Notes under the pieces: generated by a model
What the model saw: only the letters and a program-made list of their open reading frames with translations
Database searches by the model: none
Told to the model about the DNA's origin: nothing
Made by a program: the position numbers and the translations under genes
Shown: positions 36,015-49,614 of the stretch, one piece after another
Numbering within the stretch: the first letter of the stretch is position 1
Layout of the letters: each line of letters begins with the position of its first letter
Source: Balamuthia mandrillaris
Lineage: Eukaryota
NCBI GenBank assembly: GCA_031835245.2
Contig: JAVKOQ020000073.1
Location: 62,001-126,000, forward strand
DNA length: 64,000 nucleotides
Reading direction: 5' to 3'

Positions 36015-36112
36015 GCGGACACTGATGACATCATTATTTATGTGGACACTCGTGACATCAGCAGATGAGAATCTGTAGACATATTTTTGCGGACTATGAT
36101 GACATCATTATC
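36015..36112. promoter_or_regulatory. Bidirectional promoter with three repeated GGAC(N)TGACATCA units
   Basis: GCGGACACTGATGACATCATTA, GTGGACACTCGTGACATCAGC and GCGGACTATGATGACATCATTA lie between the divergent PA28 and NDH-2 genes. Confidence 0.55.
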
Positions 36113-36187
36113 TTTGTAGCCCTCGTAATCACGTCGTCTTGGGACATTCATTTCATTTAACGGCAAATAAAGAATAAATAAGACCAG

Positions 36188-39049
<2,862 letters not shown>

Positions 39050-39098
39050 ACAAAAAACAAACATCCTTCCTTCAATGTAATGTTATTCTTTCTTGTCT

Positions 39099-42000
39099 TT
39101 ACTCAAGTTTCATTGCTGTATCGTTGTCATCACCGAGTTGCTTCAATATATTCGTCAACCGTTGCAACAACACATCTCTTCTTGCTTCTTCCATCGTCGA
39201 AAATCGTTTGGCCAAACGACGCACCAACTCGCGATACAGCAATAACGAAGGGAGCAACTCTGTCGGACCAACATTGTAATGTATCCACTCCGAAGGGAAC
39301 GACTCCATGACCCGTTCGCACATTCTTACCAACAGCAGTTCTGTTTGTGGGTTGTGAGTGTTGTCGAGAGTTGTTTCCAGTTTGCGAAGAAATGGGATCA
39401 ATTCTGGATTGAGTATCTTGTCGAGGCATAATGCTTGTAACGCCCGATTGGAGAGAGATTTATGGAATGATGCTATGTTCTTCAGCAACTAAAAGTTTAA
39501 AGTGAGACATGAAGAAAGGAAAAGAGGAATAGGAAGAAAGAAGCAAGCAAAGAAGTGGAAAACAAACCTTGAGAGTACGCCAAAAGGAAGAAAGTGCAAG
39601 GCTGTAGGCAGGACTGGAGGGATCTTCTTCGAGCAGAAGGGGAAGCACGCGCACTTGTTGAATGGCAGCTTGCATCGTCACTACGATAGGAGCACAAATG
39701 TTCTGTACGTTTAAATAGAAAACGATAAGAGGGTAAGAAAACAAACATGAGAAAGAGAGAAAACGAGACAGCAGGAAAAAATAAAGGCAAACCTTGATTT
39801 CTTTGTCACTACGGAGATGTGGCATAATCTGTTCAAGGAGAGTTCTAGCAAAGTCGGTTTGAGAGGGGGAGAACGGATCCCATGCGTGCGTAAATAGCTC
39901 TTTGGTTTTTGGGACGATCACTCGACGCACCAACACGGACACCAAAGCATAGTCTTTGCTGGAATGAATGCCTTGTACTTTTTGTTGCTCTTGTTCCTCT
40001 TTCTTCATTGTATCCTTTTCCTTCTCTTCTTTTTGTTGTATTTCAGCATCCTCTTCTTTGCCATAATCCTCCAACAAACGATACCAATTCATGCGCTGAA
40101 AAGAACTGTTCCAAACAGCCTCTTCTTTCGTTGTAGGTTTCTCCTCTTTCTCCATTTCTTGTTTGCGTTCTTTCCCACGACGTGCCAAGAAGAAAGGATC
40201 CCAAGCCAACGTTTCCAACGTTGCTAACGGAGCGCAAATGTCGGCGATACTGATGTAAGCAAACGACTTGAGGTAATCATCGCTGTAGTTACGAAGCCAA
40301 TAGCTGAACCTTCGTTTGATGTGCAGCAAAGAACAAAACTCGGGCAAAGCGTCATCAAACAAACCGTTTGCAAGAGAAAGTATTTCGTCTCGTTCCACCG
40401 CATACTCTCTCATTGCTTGTCTATAGTCTTCTTCGTCTTCGTCTTCTTCTTCACTGGTCCATCCTTCGTCTTCTTGTTGACGCGCTGGTCTTCTTTCAGC
40501 CCTTTCTCTTCTTCGTTTCTCTCTCATTTCTCTTCGTCGCTCTTTCCTGGTTTGTTCCATTGCGTTTTTGTCTCTTCCAAATTCATCCAACTCGACATTT
40601 TTCTTGGAGCCACGTTCTTCTGAGTGTTTGCTCTTGGTAACGTCCTCGATTGTTTCTTCTATATCACGTTGTCTTGCTTTCTTCCGTTCTACATAATGTT
40701 CCAATCGTATCTTATCCATTTCTACATCGTATTCAGATATTTGTGGCATCTGTTTAAAAAAAAGAGCAAAAGATTCAGATATTTTGTTTAAGAAAAAGAG
40801 AAGGTGAAGTTAGAAAAGAGAGAAAAAAGTAAAAGAAGAGAATGGCAATAATAGAGAAGAGAAAGAAACCTTTTCTTTTAAGCAATCTAACAGGTCAAGT
40901 ACGTATTCTTTTAGCTCTTGATAGTAAACGTACTGCTGCGACAAAAAGTCCATTCGCTGCTGCGTAGTGTCAATAGTTGTGGCAGATGTTTTTAGTGTAT
41001 CTTCGATTTGCTGCAGTTTTTTCTCGTGTTTGCTGGTGTTCAACTGCATTGTGTTCAATCCTTGTTTAAGCTTCTCAACAATCTGTTGTACTGTTGGTGT
41101 TGCTCTCGCTTGTGCCTGTGCTTGTGCCGTAGCTAAGATTTTTTCAGATGGATCAGCAATTTTAAGAGGGAGAGGGAGAGGAAAAGAAGAAGAACAAGAA
41201 GGAAAGACAGAAAGAAACGAAAAGAACATACCTGCACCTACGCCTTCCCGAAGACCATGACGAATGGCGGCAGCAGCAGCAGCATTCGAGGAAGAGGGTA
41301 GTTGCAAGAATAGTCCATCCTCATCCATTAACATTTTCACTCCATCCTCACCATCCTCCTCATCCATCATTGAAATGGCGCCCATGGCAAGTTCCACAGC
41401 CTCAGAGCCCACTTCCTTTCCTCTCACTCCTTTTTTCAGTTGTTCCAACTCCCATCTCTCCAATTCCTCATCTTCGCTAGAGTCTTCTTTTTCTTCTTCA
41501 TCCTCTTCTTCGTCACTCGCCCTCTTCTGTTGTCGTTCCTCTCTTCGCCGGTCTCTTTCGATCTCATCATAGAGAGACCTCCGTTGAAGGCGTTTTTGTC
41601 GTCGTTCCATCTCTTTGGGGTCACCAAAGGCTATTCTAGTACCAGCTTGATCCTCAAACACAACAGCATCATCGCCGTCTGCCTCTTCCGAGTCTGAGTC
41701 AGAGTCTCGTATCAAACGTTGATTGACTCGTTTGGAGTCTTGTTTTGTGCTGTTCAAAGGGATAAACTCTTCCTCTGCTCTCTTATTTCCTCCTACTTCT
41801 CGCGGTTCCTTTGCTTCTTCGTCTGCAGTGAGGATGTTGCCATATGTTCTCATTCTCTCTCGTTTTGCTCGTGCTCTCTCTATCTCTTCTTTCTTAGGAA
41901 TGATGGGCACAGCGTCGTACAAAAACTCTCCTCCGCTCTTCTCCTCATCTTCTTTTTCTGCATCTGTCATCACCATTGTTGTCGTCGTTGCCGTTGTTGT

Positions 42001-42803
42001 ACTTCGTTCAGCTGCGATAGAAGAATGAGAAGAAGGACGAGAGGGCTGCACTGAACTGCTAAAGTAAAACGTGTTGGAGTTGTGTCGAAGAGCGGCCAGT
42101 TTTTCGGGAGTGTACTCTCCCACTTGGGAGCGTTGAAGAAGGGAGGCTGGAATGACGCTTGGCCGCTCGTTGGAAGAGGCAGTTGCAGTCTCTGTGTTTG
42201 GCTGTTTAGCAGCTCTGTTTGTTTTGCAAGAGAAAGAGCGAGTTATTAAACAGAAGAAAAGCAGAGCAGGAAGGGACAAGAGAATGAGAGAGCATGAGAG
42301 CAAGGAGAGAGGAGCAGGGAACGAGAGAAGAGAGGAGGAGAGAGAGCAGCGAAAGAGAAGAGAGAGAGAGAGAAGAGGGAAGCAGATAACGAGAAAAGAA
42401 AAAAGAAAAAGGAGAAGAAGAAGTATGAAGAAAAGAAGGACGGGCGAAACGGTTACCTCATAAACTTGCGGGCTCTGGTTGAGGCAGAGGAATCCTTCTT
42501 TTTCACATCTTGTGGCGTTTGGAAAGGCGTTTTTTTCCTGCTGACACTCTCGACGACCTCCTCCTCATCGCCAAAGCTCAAAGCGCTGCTGCTGCTCTTT
42601 TTCTCTCTGCGTTGCTGTCGCGATTTGTTTCTGTTGTTGAACCTCTTCTCCACTCGCTGAACTGCAGCGGAGTCCTCGTCCTCTTTCTCTTCCTGTCGTT
42701 GTGGCGTTTGCTCCTCCTTTCCCTCTTCTTCCTCCTCCTCCTCCTCCTCCTGTCCAACCACTCTTTTGCGCAACTGTTTCCTGCGTGGGCGTATCGGCAA
42801 CAT
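39099..42803 (-). CDS. GCFC-domain protein (PAXBP1/GCFC2 family, spliceosome disassembly factor), multi-exon
   Basis: ALSFGDEEE, GEYTPEKLAALR, RWELEQLKKG, YVLDLLDCLKEK, ELDEFGRD and GCFC core FDDALPEFCSL...SDDYLKSFAYISIADICAPL...AWDPF. Confidence 0.88.
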
Positions 42804-42842
42804 GGCTCTCTCTCCCTTTCTTTTTTTTTGTTTGTCTTTTAT

Positions 42843-42992
42843 GTCGACGAAAATTTTATGTCGACCAACGAGTTTTCTTCAACTTTTCTGTTGACTCCTC
42901 AACTAGTTAACAATTATTGTCGATAATTTGTTGTGGATTGTCAATCATCAGGAGTCGACATTTATCGATGAAGATGAAGGATTGATGTCGAC
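42843..42992. promoter_or_regulatory. Cluster of four GTCGAC elements upstream of the GCFC gene
   Basis: GTCGAC at 42843, 42860, 42954 and 42987. The same motif lies upstream of many other genes in the window. Confidence 0.55.
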
Positions 42993-43209
42993 ACCAAAGT
43001 AATTGCGTTCCCACAATTGGAGCGCAGGGGGAGGATGCATCCCTTTAGAGCAGGGTCCCCGGTCATATATGTCAATACACAAGATTAACATACCAGCTCC
43101 CTTCTTACCGTTGGTGCAGATTCCCTTCTGTCTCTAAAAAGCCCAGGTAGAATCGCACGACAGTTTCGGAGTTTTTTTGTTTTTGTTTCTCTCTCTCTCT
43201 CTCTCTCGT

Positions 43210-44517
43210 TTAGTCAGAGGGAACAGGCGCCGAGTCCCACGGGCAACCGTGATCCCTTGCCCACTGCAAAACCTCCAGGTGACCATGCCTCGATGCTCGT
43301 ATGAAGCACTGCTCGTTCCAAGGACATCCATGCTCCCTGGCCCATCGCAACACCTCCAAATGCCCGTTCTCTGCCGCGCATGCGCAAGTGGCTTCATTCC
43401 AAGGGCACCCATGCTCTCTAGCCCATCGCAACACCGCCAAATGTCCGTTGGTGGCTGCAGCGCTGCAAATGCTTTCGTCCCATTCGCAGCCTTGCTCTCT
43501 GGCCCATTGCAGCACCTGCAAGTCGCCATGCTTGGCTGCATAATAGCAGGTCAACTCGTTCCAAGGACAACCATTCACTCTGGCCCATTGTAACACCTCC
43601 AAAGAAGAAGCGCTGCCTTTCTTCTCGAAAGCAGCGGCCGCAGCCAGAGCGCAAGTGGCTTCATTCCAAGGGCACCCATTCCCTCTGGCCCACCGCAGCA
43701 CCTCTAAATGTCCGTTATGAGCGGCGCTGCTGCAGGTTCGTTCGTCCCAAGGACAACCGTTCGCTCTGGCCCACCGCAAAACTTCCAGATGACCTCCTTC
43801 CGAGGCCTCGCTGCAGGTCTCCTCGTTCCAAGGGCAGCCCTTCTCTCGGACCCATTGCAGCACTGTCAGGTGACCCCAACGAGCTGCATTGCTGCAGGTG
43901 CGCTCATCCCAAGGGCAGCCTTGCTCCCTTGCCCATTGCAACACTTCTAGGTGTCCGTTCTTGGCTGCTTGAGCACAGGTCAACTCGTTCCAATCACAAC
44001 CTTGCTCTCTGGCCCATTGGAGTACTGCCAAATGGCCGTACATGGCAGCAAAACAGCAGGTTGCCTCGTTCCAAGGACAACCTTGCTCATGAGCCCATTG
44101 CAGGACCTTCAGATGGCCGCCAGCCGCTGCTTTGGCACAGGTCAACCAGTTCCAGGGGCAGCCTTGTTCTCTGGCCCACTGCAGCATTTCCAGGTGTCCG
44201 TTCTGGGCTGCCCAAATGGAAGTCCAAATGTCCCAAGCGCAGCCTTGCTCTCGAGCCCACTTGAGTGCCTCCAGGCTGCCGCTCTTGGCCGCGAGGCGGC
44301 AGGTCCTACTGTCAAGAGGGAAACCTTCATCACGATGAGCCCATTTGAGAAGGGCCAAGGAGCCGCACGCCGTAGCGAGGCTCAACCTCCGACGAAAACG
44401 CTTCGGACAACAGGAGTACCACCGGCGGCAGGTTCTGGCTGCCACCGGCTTCATCCCGTCGGGCAACATGCTGAAGACATGATACAGCAGTTCCATGGGC
44501 AGATCCTTTTCTTCCAT
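43210..44517 (-). CDS. F-box-like plus 25-aa ankyrin-like repeat protein of the GCPW type
   Basis: Intronless. N-terminal DLPMELLYHVFSML...TCRRW, then about 15 repeats of TCxxAAxxGHLEVLxWARxxGCPWxE. Confidence 0.9.
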   Translation of the reverse strand: MEEKDLPMELLYHVFSMLPDGMKPVAARTCRRWYSCCPKRFRRRLSLATACGSLALLKWAHRDEGFPLDSRTCRLAAKSGSLEALKWAREQGCAWDIWTSIWAAQNGHLEMLQWAREQGCPWNWLTCAKAAAGGHLKVLQWAHEQGCPWNEATCCFAAMYGHLAVLQWAREQGCDWNELTCAQAAKNGHLEVLQWAREQGCPWDERTCSNAARWGHLTVLQWVREKGCPWNEETCSEASEGGHLEVLRWARANGCPWDERTCSSAAHNGHLEVLRWARGNGCPWNEATCALAAAAAFEKKGSASSLEVLQWARVNGCPWNELTCYYAAKHGDLQVLQWAREQGCEWDESICSAAATNGHLAVLRWAREHGCPWNEATCACAAENGHLEVLRWAREHGCPWNEQCFIRASRHGHLEVLQWARDHGCPWDSAPVPSD

Positions 44518-44716
44518 TTGGTTTGGGTGTTCTTTCTTTTGCTTCGCTTTTAGGTGGCTTAATTAAATGTCGACTGTTCACAGCGCATGGGAAACGTCTG
44601 AATTATGTCCAAATAAATTAGCAAAGTAGCTCATAAAGAAGCAGAGAGAAGAGGAATACAAACAAGAAAGAGCGTGCTGCCATCTCTCTGCTCCTTGGCG
44701 GAAGCATGGTTCAACA

Positions 44717-47361
44717 ATGTCTTTTGCCAAGTTTAACCTTCCCTCCACCAGAACTTCGGTTGAGCGAAAGAAGCAGGCCAGCAACCAACCAGCAGCTTCC
44801 TCGTCTTCTGCTCGAGTAACGCCCTTGCCGCCGTCAAACCCACCAATACTTCAACAAGAACGACCAAAGCTTCCTTCTTTTAAGCCATTCAAGCTGCGTC
44901 TTTCTACTTCTTGCTCTTCTTTAACCAGAACAACAACAACAATAATAGAAGAAGAAGACGACGACGACGAAGAAGACGAAGTAGAACAAGTGGATACATT
45001 TTCAAACCAACCTCAAGCCGATGACGAACAGCATAGCAACGCTGCTTGTGAGCCAGAAGAAATAGACTTGTGTCATACAGCAACGCCAAGCAACAACGAA
45101 CGAGAAGTCATTACTATTCACGACAGCGAAACTGCTCCTTCATATGTGGAGGACGAAGGAGGCGAGGAAACATATGCCGAGTTGTCTTCAGAAGAAGACA
45201 AAGACAGCTTGATGGATTGGTTAGGAGAAGAGGACCATCATCATCAACCGAAAGCATCCTCCAGCACTTGGCTCAAAGTAAAGAGAAGAACGGAATACTC
45301 TTCTGAGGAGGAAGAAGAGGAAGAAGAGGAAGATAGCCAGGATAAACAAAGAAAGCGAAAGAGAGGGATTGGAAAAGGAGGAGGGGGAGGAGGAAACAGA
45401 GCGTTGATGACAAAGAAGAAACGAGAGGAGATCTTGCGCGGTGGATTGTCGACACAACAAATGAGAGAGCTCTTTAGAGGAAAACCGTTGGAGCATGAAA
45501 GAGAACCACAACGACGACCATGGGCAGAAGAACACGAACAAGGAGAAGGAGAAGAAGAAGATGAAGAGGTTGAACGAGAGAAAGAAGAAGAGGAGAAAGA
45601 AGAGGAAGAAGAACGACTACAGCAGCAGCAACAACGGCAAAAAGAACAAAGACAAGAAGAGGAGGCCAGCGTTATCGAACTAACGCAGCCTCCACCTGCG
45701 CTTCTGCGAGCAAAGCATCAGAAGAATCGCACAATAGTTACGACTCCCACATCTGTAGCAACGACAACCGCCCACAAACAAATACTAAACACGCCTCCAA
45801 AGAAGTCACCTTCAAAAAAGCGAGCCTCTCTTTCCCTATCCTCTTCTTCTCCTTCTTCTTCGACTTTTCATGCCCCTCCCATCATTTCGTCTGTAGTTCA
45901 TCACCATTACATCTCGCATTGTCCTGCTCCAGCAGTGAGCCCAGCATCCTCATCTACCTCTGCTGCTGCTTCTTCCTCTCTACCTTTCGTTCTACATCCT
46001 TATCACCATGCAACTTCTTTTCTCGTTCCAACTTCTTCCAATCCAACTACTGACATGCCCTATCTTTACTCTATGAACGAGACCAAACCTCGAAACAAAC
46101 CAGTTGCAAATAAGCTTTCTCTAGCGAATGCTGCTCTCTCTTCTTCTACGTTTGTTCCTCTCTTTCGTGACTTTTATTTTGTTTCAACGGGACTTCCACC
46201 AACAGTCAGCAACAAAGCAAGCGATGATGCCTCGTCAAACTCTGCAGGGGCCATTCTTGCTCGTCGTCATCTTTCTGGTCTCTATCTTCTTCATCTTCTC
46301 CTTTTCTGTTGCTAACATATGTTTGTCTTAAATAATGCAGAATCGCAAGTCACAGCGCTCATTCTTGCACATGGTGGACAGTTTTGTAAAAACTTTTTTG
46401 AAAAACTAGCGTTGGCTCCTCCCTCGCGCTTTCTTTCTAGTGCGTTTTCTTCTCTTCATTCAGTAACATTGTTGTGTATCCATTCCTGCTTGCTTATTGC
46501 TTATAGCATCAGAAATAGATAAACGCAAGAAGCAAACAAAAGAAGAGGAGGAAGACGAGACTGATGACACTCTGCCTCATCGGACAAGAATGTTGCTCAT
46601 AAGCAATGGTCATCATCGCACTTTCAAATATCTGGCTTGCGTGGCGTGGGGTGTACCCTGTCTCCACTATCGGTGGGTGCTTCACAGCTGCGAGCAAGGC
46701 AAGTTGTTGCCACAACAGCCCTACCTCTTGCCCGTTGGCTTTTCTTTGGAGACTAACTCCTTGTTATATCAGTACTCATCTCTCGTTCTTTCTCTTATTC
46801 TTTCCTCTTTCCTTTTTGTTCCTCCCGGTTCTCTTTTCTTGTCTTTGTTGTTGTCCCGTTACTCACTGGAGTGCTATAAATAAAAGAAATAGGGAGGAAG
46901 CAGAGGCGGGAAAGACGTTTGCAGAATATAGAATCGGTCTCCTTGGTTCCGCAACATTCATCGTACGCCTTATTCTGTCATCTTAAACCAAACCCTGCTT
47001 CTGCAATACTAACAATTCCTTCCTTCTTTTGTGTTTCGTCTTTTCTTGCATTTTGTACAAGAAATGTTGGGGAGTGATCCTGAAAATAGGAGGAGCACAA
47101 GAGGTACTTCCACTGAGCAACATTGCTCAGCTCTCTCATGAGGCGTCACGCGAACTTGATTGCATTGTTTGGGATGACAAGGCCCAACTCGAAGGCGGAA
47201 GCCCTGCGCTTGTGCAAAAACAACATTCAAGCATGTCTTTCGTCAGCATTCAATGGCTCATCCAAAGTCTATTCTCGCGCAAAGCTCTGCCGTTGAACGG
47301 CCATGCTTCCTTCTCGCCCTCTCCTGTCGCCACAACAAAGAAAATGAAAGAAAGCCAATGA
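44717..47361 (+). CDS. Tandem BRCT protein, 53BP1/Rad9/Crb2-like C-terminus
   Basis: LLISNGHHRTFKYLACVAWGVPCLHYRWVLHSC...YLLPVGFSLE resembles the first BRCT of 53BP1. The second BRCT has WGVILKIGGA...FVSIQWLIQSL. The N-terminus is long, acidic and disordered. Confidence 0.8.
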
Positions 47362-47441
47362 ACACATAGTAGTGCTTTTTTCGTGTCGTCGCGATAGATA
47401 ACCGACGACATGAACACTATTCTAAAGATTTTGCTTGATTC

Positions 47442-47505
47442 GGGAGTCGAACCTGCGTATAATGTCTATTCGAATACAATAAGTGTAAGAGGTGGGAGTC
47501 GAACC
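47442..47505 (-). promoter_or_regulatory. Two isolated RNA Pol III B-box-like elements (GGTTCGACTCCC)
   Basis: Identical 12-mer GGGAGTCGAACC at 47442-47453 and 47494-47505. No cloverleaf around either copy. Confidence 0.45.
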
Positions 47506-47590
47506 GAACTCGGTTTCAAACGAAGAAAGAAGCGAAGAGGAGAGGATTCACTCTTTGGTTGGATTGGATTGGGGAGGGGATTCACGGAGG

Positions 47591-48009
47591 ATGTTCTCCA
47601 ACGCTCGGTTGCCTTCCTACGCCTCACGAGGGGCAAAAACCCCCACTGCAGCCACTCCCTCTTCCAAATTAGGCCGTGACCGGCCTCCCGCCTCGTTCTC
47701 TGCTACATCGTCTCCGGTCACTCCGTCCTCCTCTTCTGCTACTGCCTCCGCCTCGCGGTATGCTTTCACCCCTACTACCTCAACTGCTCCTTCTTCCTCG
47801 TCTTTGGCCACAACACGAGCGGCACCTTCCTCTGCTTTTGCTGGAAGCGCCAAGCGGGCCAAACTGGGACCGACCACGCCTTCCACCGCCGCCGTGCCTC
47901 TCCGGTATCAGCGCACAGTCCTACAGGAGAACGATAGACACCGCGTGGAAGGGATCTGCCCTTTGCCCACTGCTGTCGTCAAATATTTGAACACAATAAC
48001 AGGTGCTCT

Positions 48010-48045
<36 letters not shown>

Positions 48046-49573
48046 CGCTCTCTCACTCTTTCTCTCTCCTCTTCCTCTCCCACACATACACACCACACTC
48101 TCTCTTTTTCTTGATTCCTTTGTTATTTCATTTGCTTACGACAATACAAAAAACCGAACAGAGGAGGAAGAGTACACAGCGATAAGCGGAAGTGTGGATG
48201 GAGCAAGCGGCTTTGCTTGGATTATCATCAGAAACACGTTGTTCCTTTGGCAATATTTGCGTGTTGAGGTATTGAAAGCTTCTTCTTCTTTTTTTTTTTT
48301 GGCTCAAGAAGAGAGATAACGAGACAGAGAGAAAGAGGGAGCGAGAAACTTGGCTATCAAGTAGGCCAAGCACTAAGTTGCAAAAAGCACAAGAGAGAGA
48401 GAGAGAGAGAGAGCGAAGTTGCGACGTAGAGTGGGGAGGAGGAGAGGACAGAAAGCAGAGAATAGACGTCCTCACTAATGAAACAAAAACAAAACAGGAG
48501 CAAGGCCATAGTCAACAATTCCAGCTGCCAAGCTCCAAATACGCTTATGACGGTAACTTAGTGGCTATTGTGCCAGGTCAAGGTGCCACTGGCAGTCATC
48601 GTGCCAAGGGAGTTAAAGGTTTCTTGTCTAGTTCTCTCCTCTAGATCTTTTCTCCATTTATCTCTTGTCCTTTTCCCTTATCTTGTTATAAACAACACAA
48701 AAAGGATTATTGGTTTGTTCTAGAGAAGGCATCATTCGATATTGGCCTAACGTGGAACATAATACCACCCTTGAAAGCTCTCTAGACCTCTCTGCCCATT
48801 CCGCCTCTGGCAGCCCTGTCTCCTCTTCGTCCTCTGGTGAAAAGAAACCGCTGGCCACGCGTCTCATTTCCTTAGGCCAGGCAGGACACGTACTGGGCAC
48901 TAACCAAGGAACCCTCTTCCACATCGTCTTGTGGCAACCCAGTACCGGATGTTGTCTCAACACACGACCTATAGTCAAACCGGTCGGCATGCTCGCCGGC
49001 TTGGGAAGAAGACTGTTCTCCTTTGGGAAAGCTCTGCCTCCTTCTGCTGTGGTGGCCATGGCACAAGGAGCAGGAGCTGCCATATCGGATAGTTCTTCGT
49101 TATCAGCATCCTCGGAATTGTTTGTATTGACAGAAACCTCGCTTCAACGGTGGAGGATCTTTTTGGGCACTCAAGAACGAATGCTCAACGAAACGGGGCT
49201 TCATGACCTCATCAAAAAGAAACTAGTAGAGGAAGATGAGCTCGAAAGGGCTCGACGAGAGGTGGAAGAAGAAGAGATAGGAGGGGGGGTGGGTGACCTT
49301 TGGCTGTTGGACATGCAACGTGGCGAAACAGGGGTCTACGTGCTGGTTGCCTATAGCGACCTCAACTCCACCCAACAAGAACGTACTTTCACTTATTGCA
49401 TTGTGGAGGTGAAACTTTACCACCCTGATAGCGGAGAAGGCATATCACCTGAACTTGGTAATCTGCTCTATTTACAACCGCCTACCGAGGTATCTTCTTC
49501 TCCTGCATCCCTATCCTCTTATTGTACTCTTTTGTTCATGGCTTCGCAGGAGAGAAAGAAAAGAGAAGAGAAG

Positions 49574-49614
<41 letters not shown>

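Noticed and set aside
43010..43170. Possible structured ncRNA (GGATGCATCC palindrome) between the GCFC and ankyrin genes
   Set aside because: Only a short hairpin is visible, with no recognisable box C/D, H/ACA or Sm motif arrangement. It may be the 3' UTR of the ankyrin gene.
43250..44330. 75-bp periodic repeats resembling a CRISPR array
   Set aside because: They are degenerate in-frame ankyrin-like coding repeats, without identical repeats, unique spacers or cas genes.
47430..47580. Possible tRNA genes around GGTTCGACTCCC
   Set aside because: No pairing T-stem, acceptor stem or anticodon arm on either copy. Kept only as orphan B-boxes.
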